A stretch of 64,000 nt of DNA from Hydrolagus affinis (GCA_012026655.1 JAAILG010000635.1:1-64000); one strand, 5' to 3'. Positions 23,827 to 38,504 are shown, numbered from the stretch's first letter. Numbers and translations are program-made. Notes: generated by a model from the sequence alone, not told the origin.

Positions 23827-24406
23827 GTCATTTCAAGTTAGAAACTGATTTGTCTGCCAGCAACAGCCTTGTGCTGACTTGTGGTAATGAACCTGCTACG
23901 TGCACTCGAGAGACTGTAGCAGCACTAGCATAGAGCAGTAATGAAGTAGTAGAGACAGCAAGGGCAATTTCAAAGAAATAAAGACTCTGTCATGAGTAAT
24001 ATTGATGATAGTCCTGAATGTAAATTTACAGATGAAATGAGAATTAGTAGCATAGCAAGACAGTGATTGTTAAACCTACTAAATAAAGAGATATTTAGAC
24101 TACAGATTTATACAAAGAGAGGATGACCTTCTTCTAGGTGTGGAGTACTCAAGCCATTCACCCTGATCTAATAATTAGGTTAGCTGATTTGTTATCTAAA
24201 ATAAGTTAACATCATGTGTTTTGCTTCAAACATTGGATAGATCTGCAATAAGACTTTTTAGGAGAATGAATTTACACCTATACTTATTTGTGAAAGCTAC
24301 ATATCTTTAGCAATATCACATGTCAACTTGGAGTCAGCCTGAGCGAGCATGCACTTTCAATTGATGCCAGTTTGTATCAATTCGACACGATGTCCATGTT
24401 GAATTG

Positions 24407-24523
24407 GCACTAAAGTTGTAGTATAATTAAGTGGCATCATGTCAATACTGTATCCTGCTCCAGAAGCTGGTTTCAGAAACAAACCTGAATTGATGCCACT
24501 TAATTATACCACACATTTAGTGC
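24407..24523. repeat. Inverted repeat with 33-bp arms and a 51-nt spacer
   Basis: gcactaaagttgtagtataattaagtggcatca / tgatgccacttaattataccacacatttagtgc, 3 mismatches. Confidence 0.85.
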
Positions 24524-24899
24524 GTAGCTGCACTATAACTCCGGTTTTACTGCAGCCAATACAAAGAGAACTTTTAATTGGACTACCCTTGGGCTTTTTA
24601 AATGTTATTAGAGAGTTGGCAGGACTCCCAACTCTTTAATAACTTTAAAAAAAATTAGTCGTCATTTGGCGCCAGTTAACGAAGCTCTGCATATGCGTTT
24701 AGTTGTAGCGCGCAGAGCTGTCTGTTACTTGGACTCACACCTGGGGGATAAAGAAAGAGAGAGAGAGAGAGTCAGAGCAGGTGGTATATCTGCAGCTTCC
24801 ATTCCAAATCACTCCACTATAGGCAAGGTATTGAATCAGTGTCAATCATACACCTGGAGCATGAGATGGACTGAATAAATAAGTGTTAGGTGGCATTGT

Positions 24900-25168
24900 C
24901 AGCAGTCTCCTCATTATTACTCTGCCCCCCCGACCTCTGGAATTCCATCCAGCAGTCCCTCCGCCTCGCCCTCTCCCTGGCATCCTTCAAGTCCCGCCTC
25001 AAGACCCTCCTCTTCGACAGTGCCATCGGTCACCCCCCCTTCCCCTCCCCTGCACCCTCCCCGATCCCAACTCCAACTCGGGTCTGAAACACTGACTGTC
25101 CAGCATCTTGGGACATCCTCCTGACGTGAAAGAAGTTGTACAAATGTAACTTTTTATTATTGTTATTA
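24900..25168 (+). mobile_element. L2-clade LINE 3' end (ORF2 C-terminus and 3' UTR)
   Basis: LWNSIQQSLRLALSLASFKSRLKTLLFDSAI followed by a C-rich UTR and tail. Homologous to 43142-43610. Confidence 0.88.
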
Positions 25169-25584
25169 TATTTGCCTACAAAACCCACAGTAACTACGCA
25201 TTACATTAAATCCTGTCAAACACTTTGAGACGTCCTCCCAACTTGAAGGACAATATGTCAAATGCAAGAATTGATATTACAATTTACAAACTGGCCTGAC
25301 GTTGAATCACATCTGTGGTATATCTACATCTGCAGTATATGTAGAAAATTTACAGGTTGGGCTTGCTTGGAGAACATACATTCACGAGAGCAGTGACATT
25401 CCATTGCTGTGTTGAAGTTAATTTGCAAGTGCTCAGATGTATTGTATAGAGTGCAGTCGTTAATGCTTTCACAAGTATATACTGTGAAGTTTTTGAGTTG
25501 TTGCTTTTGATATGTCTGTCTAGCGTGAAAGGCACTATACCAAATATAAGAATTATTATTTAAGTCATATGAACATCAATATGA

Positions 25585-25743
25585 ATATCCACGACTGTTT
25601 GTAGGACACTGCTGTGCGCAATTGGCTGCCACGTTTCGCCCACAAATATAGTCAATTCACTTTACAGTGTATTCTGTGATGTGCTTTGAGACGCCTAGAA
25701 AACATGAAAAGCGCTATATCAAATGCAAGGATTGTTATTATTA
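25585..25743 (+). mobile_element. 5'-truncated dominant SINE
   Basis: atccacgactgtttgtaggacactgctgtgcgcaattggctgcc...gcgctatatcaaatgcaaggattgttatta. Confidence 0.9.
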
Positions 25744-27268
25744 TCTGAAGTAATCTCTATATGGCTTTTGTGCTTTTAAGCTTTTGCTCTGTTTTCAAGC
25801 ATGATTTTAAAATCTTCCTCCCCCATCCAGCAGGTGTTATCCATAGTTTATGTGAGTACATTTATATTCGCACTATTATAAACAGGTGACTTGCAACTCA
25901 CCGCTTAATCACCATACCTAGCAGGCCAACTAAAAACTAGGTCTAAACCACACTTTGTCTTTAACAATGCAATAACAGTTCAAAACACATCATCCGTACA
26001 TTTTTTCTTGAGGGTGCTGTTATATTCAGGACCTATAAAATACACTGTGCATATGCCTATTGTGATGTACAATTCATAACATAGGGTAAAATGAAATGGT
26101 TTAGAAACAATGCCATCTATGATTGAGAGTTATAATGAGTGTGGGGCATATACTAATCGATGAATGTCACTTATAGCAACTCATTTCACTGTATTCTACA
26201 CAAATGGCAGCATTGTATTTGTCAAGACTATCCACCTGACAGCAGCTTTGCATGTCTGTCAGCACCTTTTTGGAAACTCAATATAATAAAAGTGGTATTC
26301 ACAAGATTTTACTGAGCAAATTACACCTACATGTACAATTTTCTGATGTGTTATGTATTTTAAAATATATTACAACTGATATGTATCGTTGCAGTTAACA
26401 TTTCTTCACATTAACTTTGTTTGATTTTGCAATTACATGACGAGTGAATAATAAGGCAGTAGATCGCCACATATCATTCCCCAAAAGACATTCGTACTGT
26501 GTAATGCACCAACATTACTTATTCCCTTATAATCGTTCATTAAAAACCCATTTAGTAATGCCAGAAATAAATGGTGTTTGCTTAAGAGTAGCTGGTATCA
26601 GAACAAAGGAAACACAATAAACATTTAATCGATTCTCTTGTAATTAAACTAAGTTCTCACTATAGTGAAAGTCAAAGGACTTTCATATGACTTAAATAAT
26701 ATGACTTAAAGTTCATATGACTTAACTAATAATTTGATTGTTTTGACATGTAGTGGAAAATAACTCTTCGATCAACAGAACGGCAGTAAAGTGGTTATTT
26801 TTTCCCATGCACTGAATCAATTGTACTTTTGAGTTTTTAGTTAAAATTGAGTTTAATCCAGTCTATGATGGGTTAGGCATGTTATATTTCTTGTAGGATA
26901 TGACTAATTTTAGGGCGCACGTTCTGAAGCAGCAAAAGTATACCGGATTTAAGTTAACGTGTAGAAATATTCTTGATCTCAAAAGTTTTTTATTTTTTAA
27001 TTTGCTTTAGGGACGTGGATTGAACCAAGTTGAAATTCAATTCCAGCAAAGTCAACATTTTTTAGCCAAATTTTGCCCAGTGTGTGGGGTTTAAAATGGT
27101 GCCATGTGTACTTAGGAAATAGTAATATTGTACTTAGGAATAGTCTGTTTCTTTGGGATGTGTTTGATGTATTTGATGGCCGGAATCATTTGTGGTCATG
27201 CAACCAATTCCCTTGTGGTCTAATGGTCAACTTTCTGACCAGTTGCCTGGAAGTGTGTATGTGTATAT

Positions 27269-27454
27269 ATCCAGGCAGGACAGGGCAAAACCTTGGGCAA
27301 GTTTCCTTACTCCATACTCCTAATAATAATCCCTCCAAAAAGAATCAATAATTTTAAAAAATCGTCATTTCAATCCAGTATATTCTGTGAAGCACTTTGA
27401 AACATCAATAAGATGTGAAAAGCGCTATATCAAATGCAAGGATTATTATTATTA
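27269..27454 (+). mobile_element. Dominant SINE with its core deleted
   Basis: gggcaaaaccttgggcaagtttccttactcc...tttcaatccag is joined directly to tatattctgtgaagc. Confidence 0.85.
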
Positions 27455-28013
27455 TGTGTCCAGTGTTGCATACGTCCAATTTCCCTAGTATCTAGCAGGC
27501 ACTCTTTCTACTGGCACACCAACAATCTTCATTTTGCACATGGATTTCTCAAATGTTGCAGGGTAATACTTATCTGATACCTAGATTTACCTGAATATTA
27601 ATCCAGGATGAGGACAGTGTTGGAGTTTCCTTAGTTTCAGGGTTATGACTTGTTCCTTTCTTGCTTGATTAGGCAGAGAGTAATAATAATAATCCTTGCA
27701 TTTGATATTTGAGAGTAATGCTCATCCAACAAGTACCTGATGTAGTGAATTTAAGATAATGTTATAAAAAGGCAAGCATTGGTGGAAACCTTTATATCAA
27801 AACTTTTCAATAACATAATTTTTAAAGTTTTTTGACATTTAGAAGTGTTATTACTGGTCAAAATGTTTATCAAGGTGAAGAATGGCTGCTGTGGAATGTA
27901 ATCCCTTTTCTGTTTTATCCCTAGGAATAGCATAATGTCCTTTTACAACATGTACAACATGCATCATGCACAATGGTGAATGACTTTAAGTTACCTCTAC
28001 AATATTGTGTCTA

Positions 28014-28318
28014 AGCCCTGTAGCTCAGTGGTTAGAGCACTCGCCTAACAAGTGAGAGACCTCGGTTCAATTCCAGGCAGGGCGAAGCCTTCAGCAAGTT
28101 TCCTTACTCCACATGCCTAATAATAATCCCACAAAAAAAATTGGTGATTTCAATATATGACTGTTTGTGAGACACTGTTATGTGCATTTGGTTGTTGTGT
28201 TTTGCCCACATATATACAGTCAATTCACTTTACAGTGTATTCTGTGAAGTGCTCTGAGACAGCTAGATAATGTGAAAAGCACCATATCAAATGTAAGGAT
28301 TAATATTTTTATTATTAT
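28014..28318 (+). mobile_element. Full-length tRNA-derived SINE
   Basis: A and B boxes, body, core and tail as in 16549. Confidence 0.92.
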
Positions 28319-28380
28319 ACTGTGATTGGGACGTCTTCCCAACATGAAAGGCACTATACAAACACAATTTTGTTGTTGTT
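28319..28380 (+). mobile_element. L2-type 3' tail abutting the SINE
   Basis: ttgggacgtcttcccaacatgaaaggcactatacaaacacaatt(ttg)n. Confidence 0.7.
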
Positions 28381-30840
28381 TTTTCCATTTTTTAACTGCC
28401 TTTCCGTAAAATATTTCTGAATGATACTGTCAGAAAGTACCAGTTGTTCTGTACTTAAAGGTCAGTAAAGACTCTGTAGTTTGCTCCGGGACCATGCCTA
28501 AATGGAATGGAGAAAGCAGCTCATGATAATTTCGTTTAGCAGTCATTGGGGACAGGGTGGGCTTTGTCCTATGTTTCACAGCTGAGTTGGAGCTGACCGG
28601 CCTCAAAGGTTAAAAAAAAGTGTTTCAATTCACTGCACCACTCAGCCCATCATATATCTTTAAGTTCTTTAGAATAATAGGACTGATGTGTGAAATAAAA
28701 TACCTAATTGTCTACAATGCACCACAGTAGCTTAATTGTCAAGTTAAAACACCAATAATACCTACTGAGGAAAACTACAAGAACATGTTACGGACAGAAA
28801 TATTTTTAACCTCAACCTTTAATCGTTTTAAGGCCACCATGTCTCCTTCGCAGCAAAGTAATACAATCTCCGTAAGTAAAATAAATGAAAGGCAAAAATA
28901 ATGAATAACATTTCCTATAATATGATGTCTATTTACATAAATAAGGTAGTTCAGTCAGTGAAGGAAGAAACAGGGATTTGTTTAAAGTTTATGTTACAAT
29001 GTCACTAACTGCACAGAGTGACCATGTCTTGTCACAGCTATAAACTTTTAGTTTATGTAATAAATCATCCAGAAGGAAGGAGATGTCTGCAATAGCAGTT
29101 TTAATAGTAACATAAAAAAGACTTCCATTGACTGTATAACAGCTGTGTCACCTGCACATGGGTGATCCGTTTTTGACACCTTCCCTCAAGAGTATTGCAA
29201 GGATAAACATATTCTGTTCAAACGAGTCCAATGACAGCAAAATTGCCTGCTTGTCTCTAAAAAGACTCTAATAATGTGTACCGAGGGAGAGGTGCATGTT
29301 CTGACAGTAGACTTTTTTCCCCAGTGGAAGTCTGAGAGGTTCAAATTTTCTAGAAACTTTAATCTTCCACAACATAACCAAAATACAAAATATCACAAAT
29401 CATTACAGCTTGACGAAAAATATCCTGGAATAAAACATGTAAGAAAGAATATATTCAGTCAAACAAATCCAGTCGTACGTGCAATGGTAGGGCACTGGCA
29501 CTATGTAGACTAAGTTAAAGAACCAGAATAAAATTCTAGGGACTGACTCTTTTCCCATACTGTAGCCTCTTAAAAATTTAAATGATTACTTTCTTAAGTT
29601 TAAACTGAAGCACATAGTTACAATGGCTGAAAAATGATGGCTGCCAAGAACTGTAGTGTTTATAAAGGCTGCTGTCATCTCCGGAGTGCAATTCGAAATC
29701 TGCTGACATCTATATCTGCTTGAGGTTTAAGTAAGCAAAACAGGTGGTGTTTAGTATTTTCTTTGATGAGTGTAGAATCAGATGCTAAAAAGCATTTTAA
29801 AAATTGACATTTTTGCTAATGCAAGTTAATCATTTAACAAGAAGCAAAATTAAAGTCAATTACAAATGCAAAACTTAAGTAAACCAGGTTTACTTCAATA
29901 TGTTGTAGAAGCACAGTACTGTCCTGTATTATGGATGATTAAATTCTCTAATAAGACTTATTTCAGACTGCAGCAGGGCCAATTTAAGATGTACATTATC
30001 AGCAAGGTTGCAAGATAGTTTCTTTCATTACAAAGGAAAACGCAACAGTTGAGATCGGTTCTAAGATCAAATTGCACATATAATTAAAGTACACAATTAT
30101 TTAAGATGACATTTTTCACATGATAATTTGTAATGTGTGTATGAGTGATATGGAGATGACTTCCAAACAAAGCTTTATCGCTGTACAGTTTGCTTGCTTT
30201 TCTAATAAGACCTGGGACGTGATTTTATATTTTTGTACAGTTGCCAAAGCACTGATTGCAAGCTCAATGCTGCCAAATACAGTTTTGCTCCATCATAAAG
30301 TGAATTGATACTTTATGAATAATTATTGCAGCATGTTAACAAAATGCCATGTGGACCATTCAGAATAGGTGATTCAATTTGCATTGGTAGCCAGACATGC
30401 TTTAAAGCTGCTGCTTATATTTTGGCACAGGAACATCGAGCAGGATGATAGTTGAAGAGGACTACTTATCTCGCTAATAATAAATACCCTCAACAACTGC
30501 TTACTATTTAATTGCCATCTATGCCACGTGGGGTTAAGGGAACTGAACAACAGTTTGCTTTGATTTCACTTGCTGGTTGACAATGGAAATGACATAGTAG
30601 CTCCATGATTGCGCCTCCTTCATTGCGGTTGTATTTATGCCAACAGGTTGACATGCATGTGTCACCAAATTGATGTTGCAGAATAGCAGATGAATCGTTA
30701 ATTCATTTGTCTCTAGTCCTGCTCCCTCCCTGGCTTTGGCACATTAAAACCATCCCGTGGCATTAAGTTGATTTTTAAACCGCCACACATCAAGCTCCTA
30801 AGTAGCTCTTCTGTAACATTTAACAATTCTGCCCATAACT

Positions 30841-31155
30841 GGAGTCCCTTAGCTCAGTGGTTAGAAAATTCGCCTTGCTAGCGAGAGACCTGGATTCGAT
30901 TCCAGACAAGGAGAAACCTTGGGCAAGTTTCCTTTTCTCCACAAGCCTGATAATAATCGCTCCAAAAAAAAACAAGAATAAAATTGGTCATTTCGATCCA
31001 TGACTGTTTCAGGAATGCTGCTGTGCGCAATTGGCTGCCACCGTTTCGCCCACAAATATAGAGTCAATTCATTTTACAGTATTTTCTGTGAAGCGCTTTG
31101 AGACATCTATAAGACATGAAAAGTGCTATATCAAATGCAGAGATTATTATTATTA
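30841..31155 (+). mobile_element. Full-length tRNA-derived SINE
   Basis: ggagtcccttagctcagtggttaga...ttcgattcc...core...(att)n. Confidence 0.92.
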
Positions 31156-31629
31156 CTGCATCAACAGTTCAATGGTATCACAATAGCTAAATCGTGAAAT
31201 TACAGGAAATGGTGAAAAACAAACTAGACCTTGATGCTTGTGATACTGGGTTACGTCTGAGAGGCTACTAGTAAGGGCACAAAGTGTGTCTCCATTCAAG
31301 ATTGAAATTGGGGAGTTGTTTCTCTGTAAATTGAAAAGGTCTGGGTTTAATCTTACATGTTTATTCTCAGTCAATCACTACTGGGTGCTTCAACAGATTG
31401 AGTATCATCGCAAGTATCAACAAAAACAACAAAGGGACTAATGGCAAGTCAGACATGATGTAAACACATCTGATGGCTTCTTCCTCATCAAAATTCCTTC
31501 CTTCCTACAGAAGGCCCTAACATTAAATACCGGTGCCTTGTTGTCGGAATTTTGTGAAGAAATTTGCAGAAACAGAATATCAGTAGTTGCGCAAAACCGT
31601 ATATTAATGCTAGCTCTTAACATTTTAAT

Positions 31630-31743
31630 ATCGGCCACAAAATATGCAGTCAATTCACTTTACAGTATATTCTGTGAAGGGCTTTGAGATGTCTCGAAGA
31701 TGCGATAAGGCGCTAAATCAAATATAAGGATTGTTATTATTGT
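31630..31743 (+). mobile_element. SINE 3' fragment
   Basis: cagtcaattcactttacagtatattctgtgaag...ggattgttattatt. Confidence 0.8.
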
Positions 31744-34204
31744 TTCATCCCTATTGACATATTTGAGCAAAGTCACTAAAATTAGGAACTTGCAGAATTT
31801 TTCATTTTCAAACTTCATTTGCCGTCAGAGTTCATCCCAATAAAATTTGAAACTGTTCAGCAAGGCGTATTTACCAGTGACAAGTAGGGCCAGGAAATTT
31901 CTGACCACTTGGTTAAGATCCAATCGTGAAAAAAAATCATCCTATTCCCTCATGAATTGATCTTTAAAAGTCCTTTGCTGATTACTTTTGGAAATAACAC
32001 AATAACTAGAATTGTATTTTAAGATGTGAGAGAATAACGCTCTCTGTATAAAAAAAGATAATTGAAGTTTTATTTTGATTGGATTAGAGAATTTATAGCT
32101 GAACAAATAATTTTGCTTTATAGATCAGCAAATATTTGTCTTTAATATATAATGGTTGGCATATACTGTACTCTAAAAGGGTGAGGCAAAATTGTACACT
32201 GGAGTGACAAGAGATGTGAGGAATCTACAGTTAACAACGTTAAAGGACAGAACAGCTGAGAAGATTATTGTGAGAAAGGGAATAAAGAGAAACCACAGAA
32301 ATATGACAGGTTGACAGGTGAAACCAGAAGAAAGGATCTTAAGAAGCTCAAAGCAGTGAATTGTAGTGCCTCACAGAAAAAGATGCCTTTGTGGTTTGTT
32401 AAAATTGGAATGATTGTTTTATCATTATATTATTAAACACAGAATTAGGGCTGCTACTTTTCTACTTTTAACACATATTGGCATATACCGGTAAAGACAA
32501 AATGTTTAGAAAAATAATATTTTTGACTGTAAATTGATTTCAAACAATACATTGTATGTCAAATTTTATTTTACTGCACATGCGATATTTGATCCTTGTA
32601 TTTTAAAGTATTTTCTTGTACTTTTGCACCAACTACATAAAATGGTCTTAGAAAAGAAAAGAACACATTATTAGATAATATATGGCTAAAATGTGCCCAA
32701 ATTGGATTTTTTTTCAAGAAAAATTAGATCAGTGTGTGTCCCATTTTACCCCCTCACCAATGTGAGATAAATCAAACAGGAATGAACTGAGCAGAAGTTG
32801 CGACGTGTGCAATTTCAGTGAGAGACTATCAATATCCAGTCATTAAGTGGCATCTCCTGGCAGTCTGGTCCAGGCTCTGAGCATGGTCGTGTGCCTATCT
32901 CCAGATTATAAGGTGTAACACCAGGCAGATGAAGGCAATAATATGCAAAAAAAACAAATAGAATAAATTTACTTACCATTCTACAAAGAAATCAGAAGAA
33001 AGGACTTTATGTTATAGAAGCGAAAATAAAGTATAATGTGTGATTATAGGATTGATATAAGTCTGCTGAGGCCCAACAGTCAGTGCTTTTGCAAGTAAAA
33101 TTCTTTGTCCCCTCCACCCACACTTCTGTTAATAAGTTCAGTGACCGATCCATTTATTATAAATGCCTTAAAGTAATCAAAACAAAAGTTCTATATTTTC
33201 TTTCCTGACTGCAATAATCAAAATGTAAACTATAATTCTATTATATTCACACCAATTTATCAAAAATAAAATGTAGGAGGCATAATTACAATATGTCTCA
33301 TCTGAGATTTAAATATAGTTTATTACCTGTACTTTTGTACAATAATCAAAATTATTCACTAGCTTTTGTTCTTATATATTAGAAGAACATAGGATTAAAT
33401 ATTTTTAAATATTCTCTACTGCTTTGTGATGTTTCTTAATCAAAGCATCTATTTTGTTAAGTACAAAATTCTAGCAACACAGTGTTAATGTCTACACACT
33501 TTCATATACTGTAGTTACATCTTCAATTGCTAAATGTAGTCAAACTTTCACATGAAAATGCATAGACCAATATCCAAATGCATGAATCTCAATCCCTTTT
33601 ACGTCCTTGGAACAATCATGTGATTTCCCCAGGCCATGCTGTACATAAGGCTTTGTTCTGGGGTTGAATCTCAGTTCTTCAGTAGAGGTGGCAGTAGAAG
33701 AACCTGAGCAGATGCAATGAGCCAAATACATCTGCAGGTCAGCCAAATAATTGAAGGACAGGAGTTAGAGAATACTGTATGTTGAGTTGAATTGCATTTA
33801 AAGAATGAGAATGTCCAACGATTCAGAATCTAATATGATTTCTCTTTGTTCAATCTCACAACACAATTGAATTTGACCAAAATAGTACAACAGAAACAAA
33901 AACCTTTAATTTGAGACTGAAGTGTATTTTGCCTTGAATGATTAGATGAAACAGTTTAGTTACTCATCATCACTTGCTTTCCAGGGATTTAAGATAATTC
34001 CTCTCAAGTTAGCCTGTGAAATGGCTATAAAATGAGCAAAATAATAAACAACGCAAAAATACATTTCATTACCCAATTACCGTATCCAACATTTTGTTAC
34101 CATACAATTGGCCATACAATTTGCTACCATACAAATGTCCTTGATTCTACCCAGATGGAGAGGAAGAGTTGGACACAACAATCAAAATAACCTTGCCTTC
34201 TCTA

Positions 34205-34435
34205 ACCCTGAAATCTGGAATTCTCTCCCCCAAAAGGTAGTGGATGCTGAATCCATCCACACCTTCTAGAGTGAAGTTGATAAATTTTTGGTACGTCAGA
34301 ATACTAAGAGATGCGGGATGAAAGCGGGAAATTGGAATTGAAACGATTGGTAGAGATACGGATTAGCCATTATCTAATTAAATGGCGGAACAGGCTTGAC
34401 GGGATGAATGGCCTACTCCTGTCCCTACGTTCTTC
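34205..34435 (+). mobile_element. CR1 LINE 3' end (ORF2 C-terminus and 3' UTR)
   Basis: IWNSLPQKVVDAESIHTF*SEVDKFL followed by aatggcggaacaggcttgacgggatgaatggcctactcctg. Confidence 0.88.
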
Positions 34436-35434
34436 TGGTAGATGTTGGTAGCAAATCTACAAAAACACAATCACAACACTCTACAGTAAATCCTGCTCTG
34501 ATAAATGTAAATGTCTTGTGGCACTATATCAAATGCAAGGATTACCAAGAACAATTTACCAGCTCTGCGTGGAAGTGAAGAAGACTGAGATCAATTTCTC
34601 CACCCACTCTCGGGGAAGTCTACATGGGATTCAAAGGTTGAAACCTGACATGCTGGAGACTAATAGTAGGTCTATCAGCTGTTGGAGAATCTGCAAACAA
34701 CACAATAATGTTCTTTGGAAGAAATATTGAGGCCAGAACCAAAACAAAGAAAAAAAATACAAGAATTTTGTGTAAAATGCTTTTAAAGACAAATGAACCT
34801 GCCTACTGAAAATGCAACTGTAAAGTTCTTAAAGATTAACTGAGTAAACAGTAGATTCAAAGAGCATTTTCCTGGTGTGAAACAACACAAAGTTTTTCTT
34901 TCCCATACCAGAAAAATAACTGAAGTGGCAGAATAGGAGTTTGTTTGCGGCAAAAACTCAGGAAGGTCAATTGACTTGCATGACTAAAGAGTAATGATTT
35001 CCTGTGATTACCCAAACTACTAATATAGCAAATTGTTACAATATATATGAGGGCAGTGTTATTTCTTTGTAATCTATTCTAGTTTGAATTCCTGCAAGAA
35101 CACCACAAATGTACTATTTCAATAATTGTGATAAATACTGAATATTACAAATAACTGTGAGACATTGCAAAAAAAATGGATGGGTGGAAGTGATTGTAAT
35201 GAAAATAATCAGAGTTCAACAAGCAATTAACTGTTCATGCTTTGCTCTCGTGGTTTCTCGTGGTTTATCCCTAGAGCATAGATGACAAGATAGCTTGTTT
35301 CAGTAGCGCTCTGCTGTCTGTACCTCCAACATGTTATCTCATAGAGCTCTTGGACTGAATCAGAGTTCAAACATGAATCCAATTTTAATGTAAGCATTTG
35401 ACTTGTCTGCTCCAATTATGCAGCAAGCTAAACT

Positions 35435-35625
35435 ATAATAATAATAATCGTTGCATTTCATATAGCGCTTTTCATGTCTTCTAGACGTCTCAAAGTGCTT
35501 CACAGAATATACCGTAAAGTTAGTTGACTATATATTTCTGGGTGAATCACAGCAGCCAATTGCTCACAGCAGTGTCCCGCAAACAGTGGTAGATTGGAAA
35601 TACCCAATTGATTCTTGTTTTTGTT
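35435..35625 (-). mobile_element. 5'-truncated dominant SINE
   Basis: (taa)n...atatagcgcttttcatgtcttctagacgtctcaaag...cagccaattgctcacagcagtgtccc. Confidence 0.88.
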
Positions 35626-38504
35626 GGGAGAGGGGGTCGCTGAGAAGGTGGCCTTAAAGCACAGTCAAAGAGGATAGTTTTCAGGCATAATATTTAGTTC
35701 CCTAACCAGCCTTTTGAATCTATTCCAAATAGTCTTTGGTTCCACTTGGAACACAACTGGAATGTGCAGATAAAGGAGATACAGGAAAGCAATAGGAAGT
35801 ATTTAAACTTTTACAGATAACAACCAAAATAAGAATAAGAATAGAATATTTAAGTAAGAAAGTTCCAGTCAAATTTATTCCAGCTTTCCACAAGGCACCT
35901 CTGAATCCATCACGATGACTATTCAAGGCTTTCCTTACCCGGATAATGCCATGATCTGAATTGTCTCCATCAGCAGAGAATCTATTTCCTTCCATAAACC
36001 TATTGCAACAAAGTAAAGCCCAATTTGACAAGCCACTTTCCATTGCCACTAAATCAGAACAAATCATTTATTGGTAAGTAGGGAAACGTAATGATTAGGA
36101 CTTCTGTGAAAATTATTAATAAGCTCATTTTAAATGTTAGATGTTAGATTTGGCGAGAAAATTGGGGAAGGGAATTCAGCAGCTTTCAGAACTGATTAAT
36201 AAATAATTTGTTTGCTAACTTATTTGTATTCAATTTAAAGGAGCCAATTATAATAATGGCCATTTTGTCTCTTGTCTGGTGGCTACTGAAAAATGTACAA
36301 TACAGCATTTTATCAAAACTATGTCGACAATAATAATCATAAAGAAACTCATAATAACCATATACCACATTCAACTAAAGTGTGGCATCATTCTTATTAT
36401 GTTATTACATGTTACATTGATCACAGCAATCATGACTTGCAGTGCAACCACATAGAGACTTGCTGTCACGTTGGATAAGTCACTTACAAATGTAATGTAA
36501 CATTAAGACTATTACATTTGATTGGTGTTAAAACACCTCGGGATTTCAATAAAATTGCATTAAATGTACTGCTAAAATGGCATTATTATTTTCACTATAC
36601 ACTATTTCAGAAACAATGTTTGAGGTTCACCTAATGACTAAGTTGATAATGTCACTTCTCACCCAGCTACACAGCCCCTGGAAAGTCACAAGTTCCACAC
36701 TCAATCTGTGCTTTGTTAACCAAAGTGTGCAAAATAAGCTTCAATGCCTCCAGATTATGAGGGAAAAAATCAACTAGGGTGGTGGATCCTTATCTGGAGG
36801 ATGTAGTCTCCGAGCACTCGACCCACTGCTGTATTCAAAATGAAGTAGATTATTTTATGGAAAATAAGGTAGGAGAAAAAGCTTAGAAGACAAATCTTAT
36901 TTATATGGTGATCTTTAAGTATGTTATTCCAATGATGAATGGACATTCATATAATAGGCAAAGTGATGAGTCTTGGAAGGTTGTTCAGGGTCAGCAAGAA
37001 AAAAAAGTCAATTGTTGAAAATAGAGGCATAATAATGTATTATTTAAGAGAACAAACACATCAGATAGATTTAAAACATTCGAAGATGTTAAGGGAGAAG
37101 GTTGATATTTAGGGTATCAGAATAAAGAGACGAAAGGTTTCACAGGGAGTATATAAGTACACGGCAATGCAGAAACAAGAAATGCAATTGAGCGTATCCT
37201 GCTCACCTCCTCATCCAAATTCTGTTTTAGTTTTGTGTGTGGGGTTTTCTCTTGTCCTAATTAATATTACTCTAAGCCCCGCTGCATCATGAATTAATCC
37301 AATTCTCTTTAGAACTGATTGGCACCAGAAAGCAGTCTACAAGTCAACAGAAATATGAAGAAATTATTCCTGAAGTTTATTTCGCTGCCACTTTAACACA
37401 TGAATGTAACAATGAGAAAAGGTCACCTAGGCCATCCAGCTCATTTAATCACTCGAAATATTATCCAACCATTTTTTATTTTTCTACAGTATTTATAATA
37501 GCTGTCAACGGACTCTCATTCACTGTTTCTCTTTACAAAATACCTCAACATCACTTCATTGATTCTGTTCGTTATTTTTCAAACTTGGATTATGTCTCTC
37601 CTTAACCTTTATTCCAGCAAGGATAGATTTACCTTCCTCAGCCTCTCTCTTGGATAACAAGGTTTTAAGCAAAGTAGCATCAAGAATGTCTGCTGCAAAA
37701 TAAGTAATTGTTGAATTAGATGCACTTGTGGAGAAGTATGTTGAGTGGATCAGGTAAATGATTCAGTTTGATATTTACCAAACGCTGAAGTGAATATGAC
37801 AGACTGTAATCATTAAAGGTGCTGTAAAGGAGACTGATAGTTATTATGGTAAATGGCAGAGACAGTACAGTTTGCAAACTGCAGGTTCTAAAAAAAGAAG
37901 TAAATTGTTATGTAGTTGTAGGACTGAAGTGTACTTGATACAAAGTAGTAATATCAACACTTTAATGTTGCATTGCTGCAGAAGAGAATAATTAAATTGA
38001 GAAGGAATGGGAACAGGAATGGGAGCAGCCGATACTGTAATTTGTTTTAGTGATGCCCTGATAACTTAATAGGGATAGACTTAAGTGAAAAACATGTGGC
38101 TAAAATACTAGAAAATTAGAGCAACATTTGTGTGATATAGTTGCAAAATGTTTAAATAAGAAATTGAGGGGGAAGAAATCATTAGATAAAGAATGATGAA
38201 AAATAAATATTTAAATATTTTATTTATGAACGAGTTGCATATTGAGAAAGTTTTTTTGGGGTCAGCCAAATGTCTAATATATGTGGAAATACATTCCAAT
38301 ACTTAAGTTTATCCAAACTAAACTGAAAGTTCTATAAATTTACACCATCTTCCCATGGAAATTTTCCTGTGCCTGGAATCTCTTCCCTGTTGGATGCTCT
38401 CTGCTTCCTTAATTCCCCAGAGTATTAGGGACAGCTTGGCTAGTGCCAAGGTTTGGGAGGCCCCAGAATGTGTGTTAAGGTCTGCTGGAGTCTAAGCAAC
38501 GAGG

